This document shows positions 25,104 through 32,600 of a stretch of 32,600 nucleotides of DNA, in pieces. Under the pieces are notes generated by a model, which had not been told where the DNA came from, searched no databases, and was given only the letters and a program-made list of their open reading frames with translations. Every line of letters begins with the position of its first letter. The stretch's first letter is position 1. The stretch lies in NCBI GenBank assembly GCA_021823425.1, contig JAKANX010000001.1, positions 4,068-36,667 of the forward strand. The letters are read 5' to 3'. The position numbers and the translations under genes are program-made. The stretch is from Candidatus Micrarchaeota archaeon (lineage in GTDB: Archaea; Micrarchaeota; Micrarchaeia; Anstonellales; Bilamarchaeaceae).

Positions 25104-25949
25104 ATGGCAAAAAAGCGCAAGGGCGTTTTGGATTACCTAATTGCCTTTTTCGGCTTCATCTTCTTCGCCCTTAAATTCATCTACGGGGCCCTGAAGTGGC
25201 TCGCCCTAGGAATAGCGGGCTTCTTCGCCTACCTCGCTTCCCTCCTAGCCAAAAAGGCTGAAAAGGAAAAGGAGCTGGAAGAGGAATCAAGAAGGCCCAG
25301 GGCAGAAGCCTCGTTCGTTCCCCTTCGCGAAGTGGAAAAAGGGGAAGGCTCCCTTGAACAGTTCGAATCCGGCCTTTATTCCGGGAAAAGCCTCATCGGG
25401 CTCGTAATCGGCGCGCGCGGCTCCGGAAAGAGCGCAATCGGGATGCGCGTGCTGGAAAACATGCGCGCAAAGGGATTGAACGTTTATGCGATGGGCTTCA
25501 ACAAGCAGACCCTTCCAGCGTGGATAAACGCCGTGAATTCTCCGGAAGAAGTGAGGCCGGACTCCTTCCTGCTCGTGGACGAGGGAGGGATAGAATTCTC
25601 CTCGCGCGACTCCATGAGCGAGAGGAACAAGCTCCTCTCCGACCTCCTCCTAATTTCAAGGCACAAGGGCCTTAGCATCCTTTTCATCACGCAGAATTCG
25701 GCGAATATTGAAGTCAATACGCTCAGGCAGGTGGACTACCTCCTGCTGAAAAACCCCTCGCTCCTCCAGCTTGATTTCGAGAGGAAGGCGATACGGGATT
25801 TATACTCAAAATCCAAACCCGGCTTCGAGAAATACAAGGGTGATGCGGGCCTCGCATACCTCCATTCGCACAACTGCGCCCTTTTCGTTTCCAACTCCCT
25901 CCCCTCGTTCTGGAGCAACGAGGTGAGCACCGCCTACCGCGCAAAATGA
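25104..25949 (+). CDS. membrane-anchored P-loop NTPase, FtsK/HerA/Zot-like
   Basis: Two N-terminal hydrophobic helices (LDYLIAFFGFIFFALKFIYGAL and WLALGIAGFFAYLASLLA). Walker A is GARGSGKS and Walker B is FLLVDEGG. SRHKGLSILFITQN resembles the [SG]R[HK]xG-hhhh-TQ segment of FtsK/HerA-type ATPases. Confidence 0.65.
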   Translation: MAKKRKGVLDYLIAFFGFIFFALKFIYGALKWLALGIAGFFAYLASLLAKKAEKEKELEEESRRPRAEASFVPLREVEKGEGSLEQFESGLYSGKSLIGLVIGARGSGKSAIGMRVLENMRAKGLNVYAMGFNKQTLPAWINAVNSPEEVRPDSFLLVDEGGIEFSSRDSMSERNKLLSDLLLISRHKGLSILFITQNSANIEVNTLRQVDYLLLKNPSLLQLDFERKAIRDLYSKSKPGFEKYKGDAGLAYLHSHNCALFVSNSLPSFWSNEVSTAYRAK

Positions 25950-26776
25950 ATCTCGCTTGAGAGCTCGGAATAAATCGCCATGCGCTCTATCTTCCTGATT
26001 GCGGAAACGAGCGTGTGCAGCTCCGTCCCCATCACGCGCGCGAGCGCATCCTCGCACCTTTCAAGGAATTCATGCTCAACGATTTTCCCTCCCTTAACGG
26101 TGGGCACGAAGGTGGAATTGCACGCCGCGCTCGTGATTTCCGCATCCTGCATCGCAGTCTTTCTGAGCATCCCCAAAACGGTCCCTCCGGTTTCCTCGCC
26201 TCCGTTGTGCGTTCCTATTGCGCTCTCCGGATAGCCGAACAGCCCGCCCAGAAGCGTATTCTTCTCCTCGAGAGTGAGTTCCCCTCCGTTCCACGCCCGG
26301 TCTATTTCCCAAAACCTCCTCAAGTTTTCAATTTCGCGGGAGGCGACCGACCACACCCCTGTTTTCTTCAAAATCATGTCCCTTCCCATGACCCCCATTC
26401 TCAGGATTCCGCCGCTGCTTAGGATATCGCCAATTTCCCTCCTTCCATGCAAGGCGAATTCGGAAACCGGCTTTATGCCTTCAACTGCAAGAGCCAGAGG
26501 CACCGCCTTCCTCGCCTCCCGCGAGAACGCGGGCATGAGCCGCCCCATCCGTTCTGTTGCCTCGCTGTTCATGAGCGCGAACTCGTGGCCGTGGCCTTCC
26601 AGGAGCGCCACGGTTTCGCCTGGCCTAAGCTTCCCGGCCTTCTTTCCCGCGTCCGCAAGCCCGCACTCGTGCAACACCTCCTTCATCGTGCCCCATTCCT
26701 CGCGCACCTGGGAGGGCCGGAACGGCCTGAGCAAATCGGTTTTCCTAATTGCCATGGAGCTTACGACGCGCTTCAT
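25934..26776 (-). CDS. hypothetical protein, 280 aa
   Basis: Long ORF with host-like composition. ATG 26776 lies about 24 bp from a TATA block at 26792-26808. The 3' end overlaps the convergent ATPase gene by 16 bp. No domain recognised. Confidence 0.55.
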   Translation of the reverse strand: MKRVVSSMAIRKTDLLRPFRPSQVREEWGTMKEVLHECGLADAGKKAGKLRPGETVALLEGHGHEFALMNSEATERMGRLMPAFSREARKAVPLALAVEGIKPVSEFALHGRREIGDILSSGGILRMGVMGRDMILKKTGVWSVASREIENLRRFWEIDRAWNGGELTLEEKNTLLGGLFGYPESAIGTHNGGEETGGTVLGMLRKTAMQDAEITSAACNSTFVPTVKGGKIVEHEFLERCEDALARVMGTELHTLVSAIRKIERMAIYSELSSEIHFAR

Positions 26777-26836
26777 GCGGTTAATTTAGTTGTAAATATT
26801 TAAAAAACATGTTTAAAGACCGGGCATCGGGATTTG

Positions 26837-26848
26837 AATATAAATTTA
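26837..26848 (+). promoter_or_regulatory. TATA box for gatD
   Basis: AATATAAATTTA lies 19-30 bp upstream of ATG 26867. A separate A/T block at 26792-26808 fits the divergent gene. Confidence 0.4.
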
Positions 26849-26866
26849 ACCGACCATGATAAATCC

Positions 26867-28192
26867 ATGTACTTTTCCAAAACATCATCGATGCTCAAGT
26901 CCGCTGGCGCGGACATAGGAGACAAGGTCAGGCTGGAAACCAAGGAAGGGGTTTTCGAGGGGATTGTGATGCCCCGCGCTGGGGCGAGCGACGACCTCGT
27001 ATTGAAACTGGATTCAGGCTACAACGTGGGAATAAACCCGGAGGGAGCGAAAATCTCGCTCGTGGAAAAATCCCCGAAGAAGCAGGAAGAGGGCGAGGAG
27101 CCGCACAAGCGCGGCGACATCGCGATTCTGGGCTGCGGGGGGACGATTTCCTCAAAGGTGGAGTACAAAACCGGCGCGGTCTACCCTGCGCTCACACCCA
27201 AGGACCTGTTCAACGCGTTCCCCAAGATAAGGCAGATGGCTTCCGTTCACACCCGTTTGCTCTTCCAGCTCTTTTCCGAGGACATGAGCATCGGCCACTG
27301 GAAGCTCGCTGCGCAGGCTGTGCGCGAAGAGATAAGCGAGGGCGCAAAGGGAATCGTGATAATGCACGGCACGGACACGATGGGCTACACCGCCGCTGCG
27401 CTGAGCTTCGCGCTCCAAAGCCTTCCTGTCCCGGTAGTCCTAGTTGGCGCACAGCGCTCCTCGGACCGGCCGAGCAGCGACAACGAGACAAACCTCCTCA
27501 ATTCCATACTGATAGCGAAAAGCGACGTTGCACATGTGGGAATATGCATGCACGCCAATTCCAGCGACGATTTCGCGTATTTCCACAATGGGACCAAAGT
27601 GCGCAAGATGCACGCCTCGCGCAGGGACGCGTTCCAATCCATAAACTCGCTTCCGCTCGCGAAGGCGGATTACAAAACCTCCAAGGTCGAGCCGCTTGTT
27701 CAGGCCTACAACAAGAGGGACGAGAAAAGGAAGCTTGATTTGCAGGACCACTTTTCCGAGAACGTGGGGATGCTCTATATCCACCCGGGGATAAGCCCGA
27801 AACTTGTTGACAAGTTCGCTGATTACGACGGACTTGTATTGGTGGGCACCGGCCTCGGGCACACACCCACGAACCCGTTCGACAACAAGCTCGGAAAAAG
27901 CATAGTTCCGAACCTCAAGTCGCTCGCCTCTTCAGGAGTGAACCTCGTGATGAGCACCCAGACGATATACGGAAGGGTGAACATGGATGTCTATTCGTCC
28001 GGGCGCCTTTTGCAGGAAATCGGCATTATCGGAAATGGCGCGGACTGGGCCCCTGAAACCGCTTACGTGAAGCTCGCGTGGGTTCTCGGGAAGGAGAAAG
28101 AGCCCAAGAAAGTGCGCGAATTGATGCTCAAGAACGTCGCTGGGGAGATAAGCGAGCGCACCCCCTACGAGGAGAAGTTCGTGGACTTCTGA
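26867..28192 (+). CDS. gatD: Glu-tRNA(Gln) amidotransferase subunit D (asparaginase family)
   Basis: ILGCGGTISS and HGTDTMGYTAAALSF asparaginase motifs, plus an N-terminal GDKVRLETKEGVFEGIVMPR domain typical of GatD. The start is ambiguous: the track uses TTG 26834, ATG 26867 is preferred from the TATA spacing, and ATG 26891 is possible. Confidence 0.88.
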   Translation: MYFSKTSSMLKSAGADIGDKVRLETKEGVFEGIVMPRAGASDDLVLKLDSGYNVGINPEGAKISLVEKSPKKQEEGEEPHKRGDIAILGCGGTISSKVEYKTGAVYPALTPKDLFNAFPKIRQMASVHTRLLFQLFSEDMSIGHWKLAAQAVREEISEGAKGIVIMHGTDTMGYTAAALSFALQSLPVPVVLVGAQRSSDRPSSDNETNLLNSILIAKSDVAHVGICMHANSSDDFAYFHNGTKVRKMHASRRDAFQSINSLPLAKADYKTSKVEPLVQAYNKRDEKRKLDLQDHFSENVGMLYIHPGISPKLVDKFADYDGLVLVGTGLGHTPTNPFDNKLGKSIVPNLKSLASSGVNLVMSTQTIYGRVNMDVYSSGRLLQEIGIIGNGADWAPETAYVKLAWVLGKEKEPKKVRELMLKNVAGEISERTPYEEKFVDF

Positions 28193-28197
28193 GCAAT

Positions 28198-28208
28198 CCT
28201 TAAATACA
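28198..28208 (+). promoter_or_regulatory. TATA box for the secreted HExxH protein gene
   Basis: CTTAAATACAA is centred about 26 bp upstream of ATG 28229. Confidence 0.4.
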
Positions 28209-28228
28209 ACCCACTGCATAACATAAAT

Positions 28229-29335
28229 ATGAACAAATTAGCCCATATGCCCGAGCGCAAGCGCACGGATATTCTGCGCAAGCCCGCGCTCGCGTTCGCG
28301 ATGGCGGCCTCGCTCGCATTTCCCATATTCGCAAAAGCGGAAAAGCAGTCCGAGCCAATGGAGCTGGAAACCAAAAAGGCGAGCGTCCAGCTGAAAAAGG
28401 GGGAAATTGACTACGTACTCGACTCCAAGTCCTGCAGGCTCTACATTCTCACCCAAAATTCAAAGGCAATTGACAAAATCGCGCAAGATGACAACCAGAA
28501 GCTGGAGGGCGAGGCGGTCACCTTGGGCTTCGTGCGCTCATCCGGGGAAAGGCAAACCCCGTTCGTCCTCACGCTGGTGAGGAATCCGAAAGGAAGCTTC
28601 GGAGAGCTCGGCATTTTCAAGGGAATAAGCGCGCACGGGAAAAAGGAAGTTGCCCGCATCGCGCATCTCAAGGAATCAAAAGTGGAAAAGGAACTGAGGA
28701 GCCTAAAAACACCCTCGTTCCTACGGCCCGGCAGCAGCACGCGAGGACTTTACGCCGCGTATTCGCGCACCAATCCGAAGGCGGCAAAAGAGCTCCTGAA
28801 CCGGGCAGTTGAATCTTACTACTTGGGAATTGCGATAGACGCGCACGCGCCCCCCTCGCAAAGCGCGTATTTCCTCCAGACCGTGGCGCACGAGGCAATC
28901 CACTGCCTCCTCGTAACCGAGGATTTCAGGCGCGGCAAATCAATACCGCACGGAGGCGCCGAAGCCATGGCTGTGCTGGGCGAGATGGCCTACGGGCAAA
29001 ATCCATGGCTTTCGCTGCGCATGCTGCTTGAAGGATATTTCCCGTTTGAAACAGGGGGGAAATGGGAAATGCCCAAAGACCTAAAGGAAATGGGGAATTA
29101 CGTAAAATTCCACGAGGTCCTGATGCGCGCCCTAAAGGATTCGCTTCGCGCAAGAAGCGTTTCCGCAATCGCGTTCAGGAACGAAACGCAGCTGCGCAAG
29201 GCTGCAGAAAGCGTGCTAAATACGCTCTCGAAGGACTTCTACGGCGCGCCATTTGCGGAAATATTCAACACAGGGGAAATCAAATCCGTGCTGGAAGCAG
29301 CGGAAAAGAGATATAAGCTACCTGAACGGCCGTGA
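28229..29335 (+). CDS. secreted protein with an HExxH motif (putative zinc metalloprotease), family unknown
   Basis: N-terminal signal-peptide-like region: RKRTDILRK, then PALAFAMAASLAFPIFAKA. HEAIH occurs within TVAHEAIHCLLV. Confidence 0.55.
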   Translation: MNKLAHMPERKRTDILRKPALAFAMAASLAFPIFAKAEKQSEPMELETKKASVQLKKGEIDYVLDSKSCRLYILTQNSKAIDKIAQDDNQKLEGEAVTLGFVRSSGERQTPFVLTLVRNPKGSFGELGIFKGISAHGKKEVARIAHLKESKVEKELRSLKTPSFLRPGSSTRGLYAAYSRTNPKAAKELLNRAVESYYLGIAIDAHAPPSQSAYFLQTVAHEAIHCLLVTEDFRRGKSIPHGGAEAMAVLGEMAYGQNPWLSLRMLLEGYFPFETGGKWEMPKDLKEMGNYVKFHEVLMRALKDSLRARSVSAIAFRNETQLRKAAESVLNTLSKDFYGAPFAEIFNTGEIKSVLEAAEKRYKLPERP

Positions 29336-30334
29336 ATTCCTTCTTAGTGGAAGGGCGCCCATTCCGCTCTGCATGGAGAGCGATTTCTGCGCCCGCTCCA
29401 ATTCCATCGGGTCCAGAGCGGCCCGAAGGTCAGCCTCGATTAGCACCGCAGGATATGCGTAAGTCCGGTTAATTTTAGAGAGCGTATATACGAGCGAGGC
29501 GACTTCAGAATAGTTGCCTCCTATGAATTCCACCCGTAAAGGCCTATCCCCTTCCACGGGCTTCAAGTACATCGCATTCACGGCTTCCGCCTCGTTCCCG
29601 AAATCCCGCGTAATCGGATGCCTTTTCACATCCGCAGTATATCGAAATGCGAACGTCCTTTCCCCTTCCTTGAGCAAATGGTTGAGGAATACAGTATCGG
29701 AAGAGTGCAAATCAATCGCAGCCCGTGCGATATCCACAAATCTCTTGGAGCGCGAGTCCTTTATCACTCCCAGGAGCGTGCAGCCCTTTGCCCGCGCGGC
29801 CTCGTAAAGCTTCCGATAGAGCCGAACGACGTTCTGGTATTCGTACGCAACGTCGCTGTCATCGGGCGGCTTGTCCGCAGTCAGAGGAAGAAGGGAGCCG
29901 TCAAGCATGAGGTATTTCGGATTCTTTTTCTCCAAAACGTCTATTGCGCATTCTATCTCCTTCCTAAGCCTGAAAAGCGACCGGAACGCCATCACTTCCC
30001 TCTCATCAAGTCCGATTTTGATTTCGTAATCCGATTCCGGAAATGCATTGGGCAAATATTCATGGGAAACGAGAACCGAATCCTTGTATTCAAAGACAGC
30101 CGCGACGGCGCGCGAAATCACCAAATCAATTCCGTGCAATTCCTGCGCGAGCAGCCCTCCGTCAACTGCGGCAACAGCCCCGTCTATCTTGGCTTCCGAA
30201 ACGGGAAGCACGAGCTGCTTTTCAAGCGCGTCCAGGAAAACGTGGCTGGAGCCGCGCAGCTGCACGGACTTTTCCTTCAGGCCGGCCTGCATCGCGAGTA
30301 TGTGCTCCGCGGCCGCCTTCATCTTGTCAAGCAT
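29318..30334 (-). CDS. nurA: NurA-family 5'-3' nuclease
   Basis: VAAVDGGLLAQE, YLMLDGSLLPL and LLGVIKDSRSKRF match the NurA-domain acidic and DGS motifs. ATG 30334 is preferred over GTG 30340. A TATA-like TTTAATAA (reverse complement of 30358-30367) lies upstream. Confidence 0.7.
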   Translation of the reverse strand: MLDKMKAAAEHILAMQAGLKEKSVQLRGSSHVFLDALEKQLVLPVSEAKIDGAVAAVDGGLLAQELHGIDLVISRAVAAVFEYKDSVLVSHEYLPNAFPESDYEIKIGLDEREVMAFRSLFRLRKEIECAIDVLEKKNPKYLMLDGSLLPLTADKPPDDSDVAYEYQNVVRLYRKLYEAARAKGCTLLGVIKDSRSKRFVDIARAAIDLHSSDTVFLNHLLKEGERTFAFRYTADVKRHPITRDFGNEAEAVNAMYLKPVEGDRPLRVEFIGGNYSEVASLVYTLSKINRTYAYPAVLIEADLRAALDPMELERAQKSLSMQSGMGALPLRRNSRPFR

Positions 30335-30375
30335 GACCACAAATCGGAAAAGGAGTTATTAAAGTTGAGCCGGGT

Positions 30376-31128
30376 CTAGAGTTCCAGTGCCTCCCCGTCC
30401 CTTGCGATAATCGTATTGGGAAATATCTTCCTTGCCGCCTTTTCCGCCTTCGCCCTGTCCGAAAGCTCCGGGTAATCCGTGGGCCCGAAGTGCGTTAGCA
30501 CGAGCATTTTCGCCCCTGCGGCTTTCGCCTGCCCCGCAGCCAGCTCCGGCGTCATGTGCTGCCATCCGGAATCCACCTTCGTCCCAGGTTTCCAGCTGCA
30601 CTCGGTTATGAATACGTCCGCATTCCGCGCCAGCGTTTCCATATTGTCGCAGGGCCAGCTGTCAAGGCAATATGCGACCGTTTTCCCCTCAATCCCGAAC
30701 CTGAACCCGGAATCCGGGACCGAGTGCGGAAGGGGCAGGGACGTGAAATATTCAATCCGTTCGCCGCTCCTGAAAGGCACTATTTTCACATCCGCCTTCA
30801 TTACTTTATTATCAGGGGGCGCGGTGAAAGGCGCATCCAATAGCAGCTTTAGTTTCCCGTAGCTCCCTTCCTCCACGAAAATGCGCACCTCCGTTCCTTT
30901 CGGCAATTTCGGGAGCGTGTGCAGCCCCTCGCAATGGTCCAGATGCAGGTGGGACAGGAACACGTCCGCTTCCCGTATGCCCGCAGCCTCCAGCTCGCCC
31001 GAAAGCTTGTGGAACCCGTCGCCTGCGTCCAGCACAATTGCCCTGGGGCCTGAAATCACCAATGTGCATAGCCCGCTTCCCGCATTCGTGGAATACCAGC
31101 CGTTCGTGCCGAGGAACTTGATTTTCAT
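30376..31128 (-). CDS. MBL-fold metallo-hydrolase (RNase Z / PhnP-like size class)
   Basis: HLHLDHCEG (HxHxDH), an N-terminal MKIKFLGTNG and a C-terminal LVLTHF. Confidence 0.75.
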   Translation of the reverse strand: MKIKFLGTNGWYSTNAGSGLCTLVISGPRAIVLDAGDGFHKLSGELEAAGIREADVFLSHLHLDHCEGLHTLPKLPKGTEVRIFVEEGSYGKLKLLLDAPFTAPPDNKVMKADVKIVPFRSGERIEYFTSLPLPHSVPDSGFRFGIEGKTVAYCLDSWPCDNMETLARNADVFITECSWKPGTKVDSGWQHMTPELAAGQAKAAGAKMLVLTHFGPTDYPELSDRAKAEKAARKIFPNTIIARDGEALEL

Positions 31129-31147
31129 GGGAAAAATATGCGGTGAT

Positions 31148-31165
31148 AAGTTTATATTACAAAAA
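31148..31165. promoter_or_regulatory. single shared TATA box for the divergent genes starting at 31128 (-) and 31182 (+)
   Basis: AAGTTTATATTACAAAAA sits in a 53-bp intergenic region. Its centre is about 28 bp from ATG 31128 and about 26 bp from ATG 31182. Confidence 0.5.
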
Positions 31166-31181
31166 GCGGTTTATTCCACAT

Positions 31182-31568
31182 ATGGGAATTTTGGAAAAAA
31201 TGAGGGTAAAAAGCTCGGGCCTGAAGCAGGCTATTGTAGTGCGGACTGATTTGGAAATGGGGAAAGGAAAGATTGCGGCGCAGGCAGCGCACGCCTCGCT
31301 CTCCGCCTACCTTGAGGCAGAGCGCACCAACCCGCAAGACGCGGAAAAATGGCTGGAAGAGGGAATGAAGAAAGTCGTATTGAAGGTCGCGGGGGAAAAG
31401 GAGCTTTTCCTTTACTTCCAGCAGGCAAAGGACATGGGCATTCCCGTTGAGATAATAAGGGACGCGGGCCTCACCCAGATAGAGGGCGGAAGCGCGACAT
31501 GCTTCGGCATAGGCCCTGCGCCGTCCGAAGACATAGACAAGGTAGTGGGGAAGCTCAAGCTCCTGTGA
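31182..31568 (+). CDS. pth2: archaeal-type peptidyl-tRNA hydrolase
   Basis: KQAIVVRTDLEMGKGKIAAQAAHAS and TQIEGGSATCFGIGP are characteristic of Pth2. ATG 31182 was chosen from the TATA spacing; the track starts at GTG 31143. Confidence 0.88.
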   Translation: MGILEKMRVKSSGLKQAIVVRTDLEMGKGKIAAQAAHASLSAYLEAERTNPQDAEKWLEEGMKKVVLKVAGEKELFLYFQQAKDMGIPVEIIRDAGLTQIEGGSATCFGIGPAPSEDIDKVVGKLKLL

Positions 31569-31572
31569 TTTG

Positions 31573-32088
31573 ATGATACTCTCGGACAGGGACATACGCC
31601 GCTTGCTAAAGGACGGCACGATTAAAATAACGCCGTTGAAGCAGGGCCAGATAGGCGGCGCGGGCGTGGACCTTTCGCTCTCCGGAGAATGGTCTTTTTT
31701 CAAAAAATCGTTAATGGGAAAACAGGTGGACCTGGGCAAGGTGCCCTTCCAGAAGGCAATTGAAACCGTGAAGGCCGATTACGCGATTCTAAATCCCGGG
31801 GAAATAGTGCTGGCCACCACCGCAGAAAGGATTTCCCTTCCCGCCAGCATATTGGGCAAGCTGGAAGGCAGGAGCAGGTACGCGCGGATGGGGCTTTCAG
31901 TCCACATAACTTCGGCGATAGTGCAGCCCGGCTCGGAAAACCGCCAGGTTTTGGAAATACTCAATTCCGCCCCGTTCACAATAGTGCTAAAAAAGGGCAT
32001 GCGCGTTTCCCAAATCGTTTTCCACGAGATGAAAAGCCCGACGTCCAGGCCCTATTCCAAATTCGGCAAAATCGCAAGGAAGCAGTGA
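31573..32088 (+). CDS. dcd: dCTP deaminase family protein (Dcd or bifunctional DCD-DUT)
   Basis: MILSDRDIRRLLKDG N-terminus, GAGVDLSL, and GRSRYARMGLSVH. GTGAT lies upstream of the ATG. Confidence 0.85.
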   Translation: MILSDRDIRRLLKDGTIKITPLKQGQIGGAGVDLSLSGEWSFFKKSLMGKQVDLGKVPFQKAIETVKADYAILNPGEIVLATTAERISLPASILGKLEGRSRYARMGLSVHITSAIVQPGSENRQVLEILNSAPFTIVLKKGMRVSQIVFHEMKSPTSRPYSKFGKIARKQ

Positions 32089-32092
32089 GCAA

Positions 32093-32600
32093 ATGATACG
32101 GCTCGTTATTTTTGACCTGGACGAGACGCTCCTTCGCCTCCCCGTAGACTGGGAGGGGGTGAAGAAGGATGTCATCGCCTACGGAAATGAGGAAAAATTG
32201 GAATTTGACGAAAATGCGCACATCCTCCCCCTCTCGGCCGCGGTTTCCAGCACCCCAGATAGGAAAAAGGAAGTTGATTCAATCTGGAGGAGGCACGAAA
32301 CTGAAACGATTGAAAAAAAAGGCGTTGAGCGCTACCCCGAGGCGGAGGAATTCGTGAAAACGCTCAGGGCAAAGGGGTTCCTGCTTGCAATCGCGTCGAA
32401 CAACAACCACGCGACAATTGATTTGGCGCTGGAGAAGGCTGGCATGCGGAATGCGTTCGCATTGATAATTGGAAGGGACGACGTGCAGAACCCCAAGCCC
32501 GCGCCGGACATGCTCCTCAACCTGGCTTGGAAATTCAAGCTGGAAAAAAGCGAAATCGTGTTCATCGGCGACGGCGAGGGCCACAGGATTGCCGGGGCCG
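32093..32600 (+). CDS. HAD-superfamily phosphatase (3' end lies outside the window)
   Basis: Absent from the ORF track because no stop falls in the window. My translation reads MIRLVIFDLDETLLRL (DxDxT), LAIASNN, KPAPD and FIGDGEG, the HAD motifs I to IV in order. Confidence 0.75.
   Translation, partial: MIRLVIFDLDETLLRLPVDWEGVKKDVIAYGNEEKLEFDENAHILPLSAAVSSTPDRKKEVDSIWRRHETETIEKKGVERYPEAEEFVKTLRAKGFLLAIASNNNHATIDLALEKAGMRNAFALIIGRDDVQNPKPAPDMLLNLAWKFKLEKSEIVFIGDGEGHRIAGA

Noticed and set aside
70-30379. Many long ORFs in the track lie antisense to or overlap the called genes, for example 70-555 (-), 3900-4769 (+), 8368-9135 (-), 15373-16032 (-), 17524-18198 (+), 19990-20856 (-), 20730-21428 (-), 22721-23419 (+) and 29618-30379 (+).
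   Set aside because: Their translations are Arg/Pro/His/Gly-rich and low in complexity, with no motifs, as expected for shadow frames in GC-rich coding DNA. In each case the opposite or overlapping frame encodes a protein with clear family motifs.
31566-31640. A C/D-box sRNA suggested by TGATGA at the pth2/dcd junction. Similar TGATGA strings occur at 566-571 and near 14110.
   Set aside because: No CTGA D box lies at a suitable distance and there is no terminal stem. The strings are explained by overlapping stop and start codons.

Overview
Dense archaeal chromosomal segment with very little non-coding DNA. The archaeal call rests on GatD/GatE, Pth2, NurA, a tRNA without encoded CCA, and A/T-rich TATA boxes about 25 bp upstream of start codons. 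I support 33 protein genes, two of them cut by the window edges, plus one tRNA-Val(CAC). All functional calls come from motifs read by eye; no database search was possible. Order: korA/korB 2-oxoacid:ferredoxin oxidoreductase; a visibly low-GC two-gene Dam-family restriction-modification cassette; a three-gene minus-strand operon (two unassignable proteins plus an XRE-type HTH regulator); diverging from it, a KaiC-like protein with damaged Walker motifs and a Roadblock/LC7 protein; TldD and a SAM methyltransferase. A surface-glycan cluster spans about 9.2-20.4 kb: a GT-C membrane transferase, a GT2, three SDR enzymes, gmd, three paralogous GT4 genes and a Zn-ribbon methyltransferase, with the tRNA-Val embedded. 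Then gatE, purB, a radical-SAM protein with a long N-terminal extension, a membrane-anchored FtsK/HerA-like mini ATPase, an unknown gene, gatD, a secreted HExxH protein, a NurA with no canonical HerA partner gene beside it, an MBL hydrolase, pth2, dcd and a partial HAD phosphatase. The main hunt results follow. (1) A family of 55-70 nt elements built from inverted arrays of a GTTYCSN heptamer occurs at four loci: two bracket the tRNA and one lies in frame inside gatE. (2) The uncharacterised operon at 2845-6099 shares a single TATA box with the pseudo-KaiC/Roadblock pair and sits next to the R-M cassette. (3) A radical-SAM / membrane-ATPase / unknown block lies between purB and gatD, in the 4.5 kb that separates gatE from gatD. 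A small-genome (DPANN-like) archaeal origin is only an inference from gene density and content.
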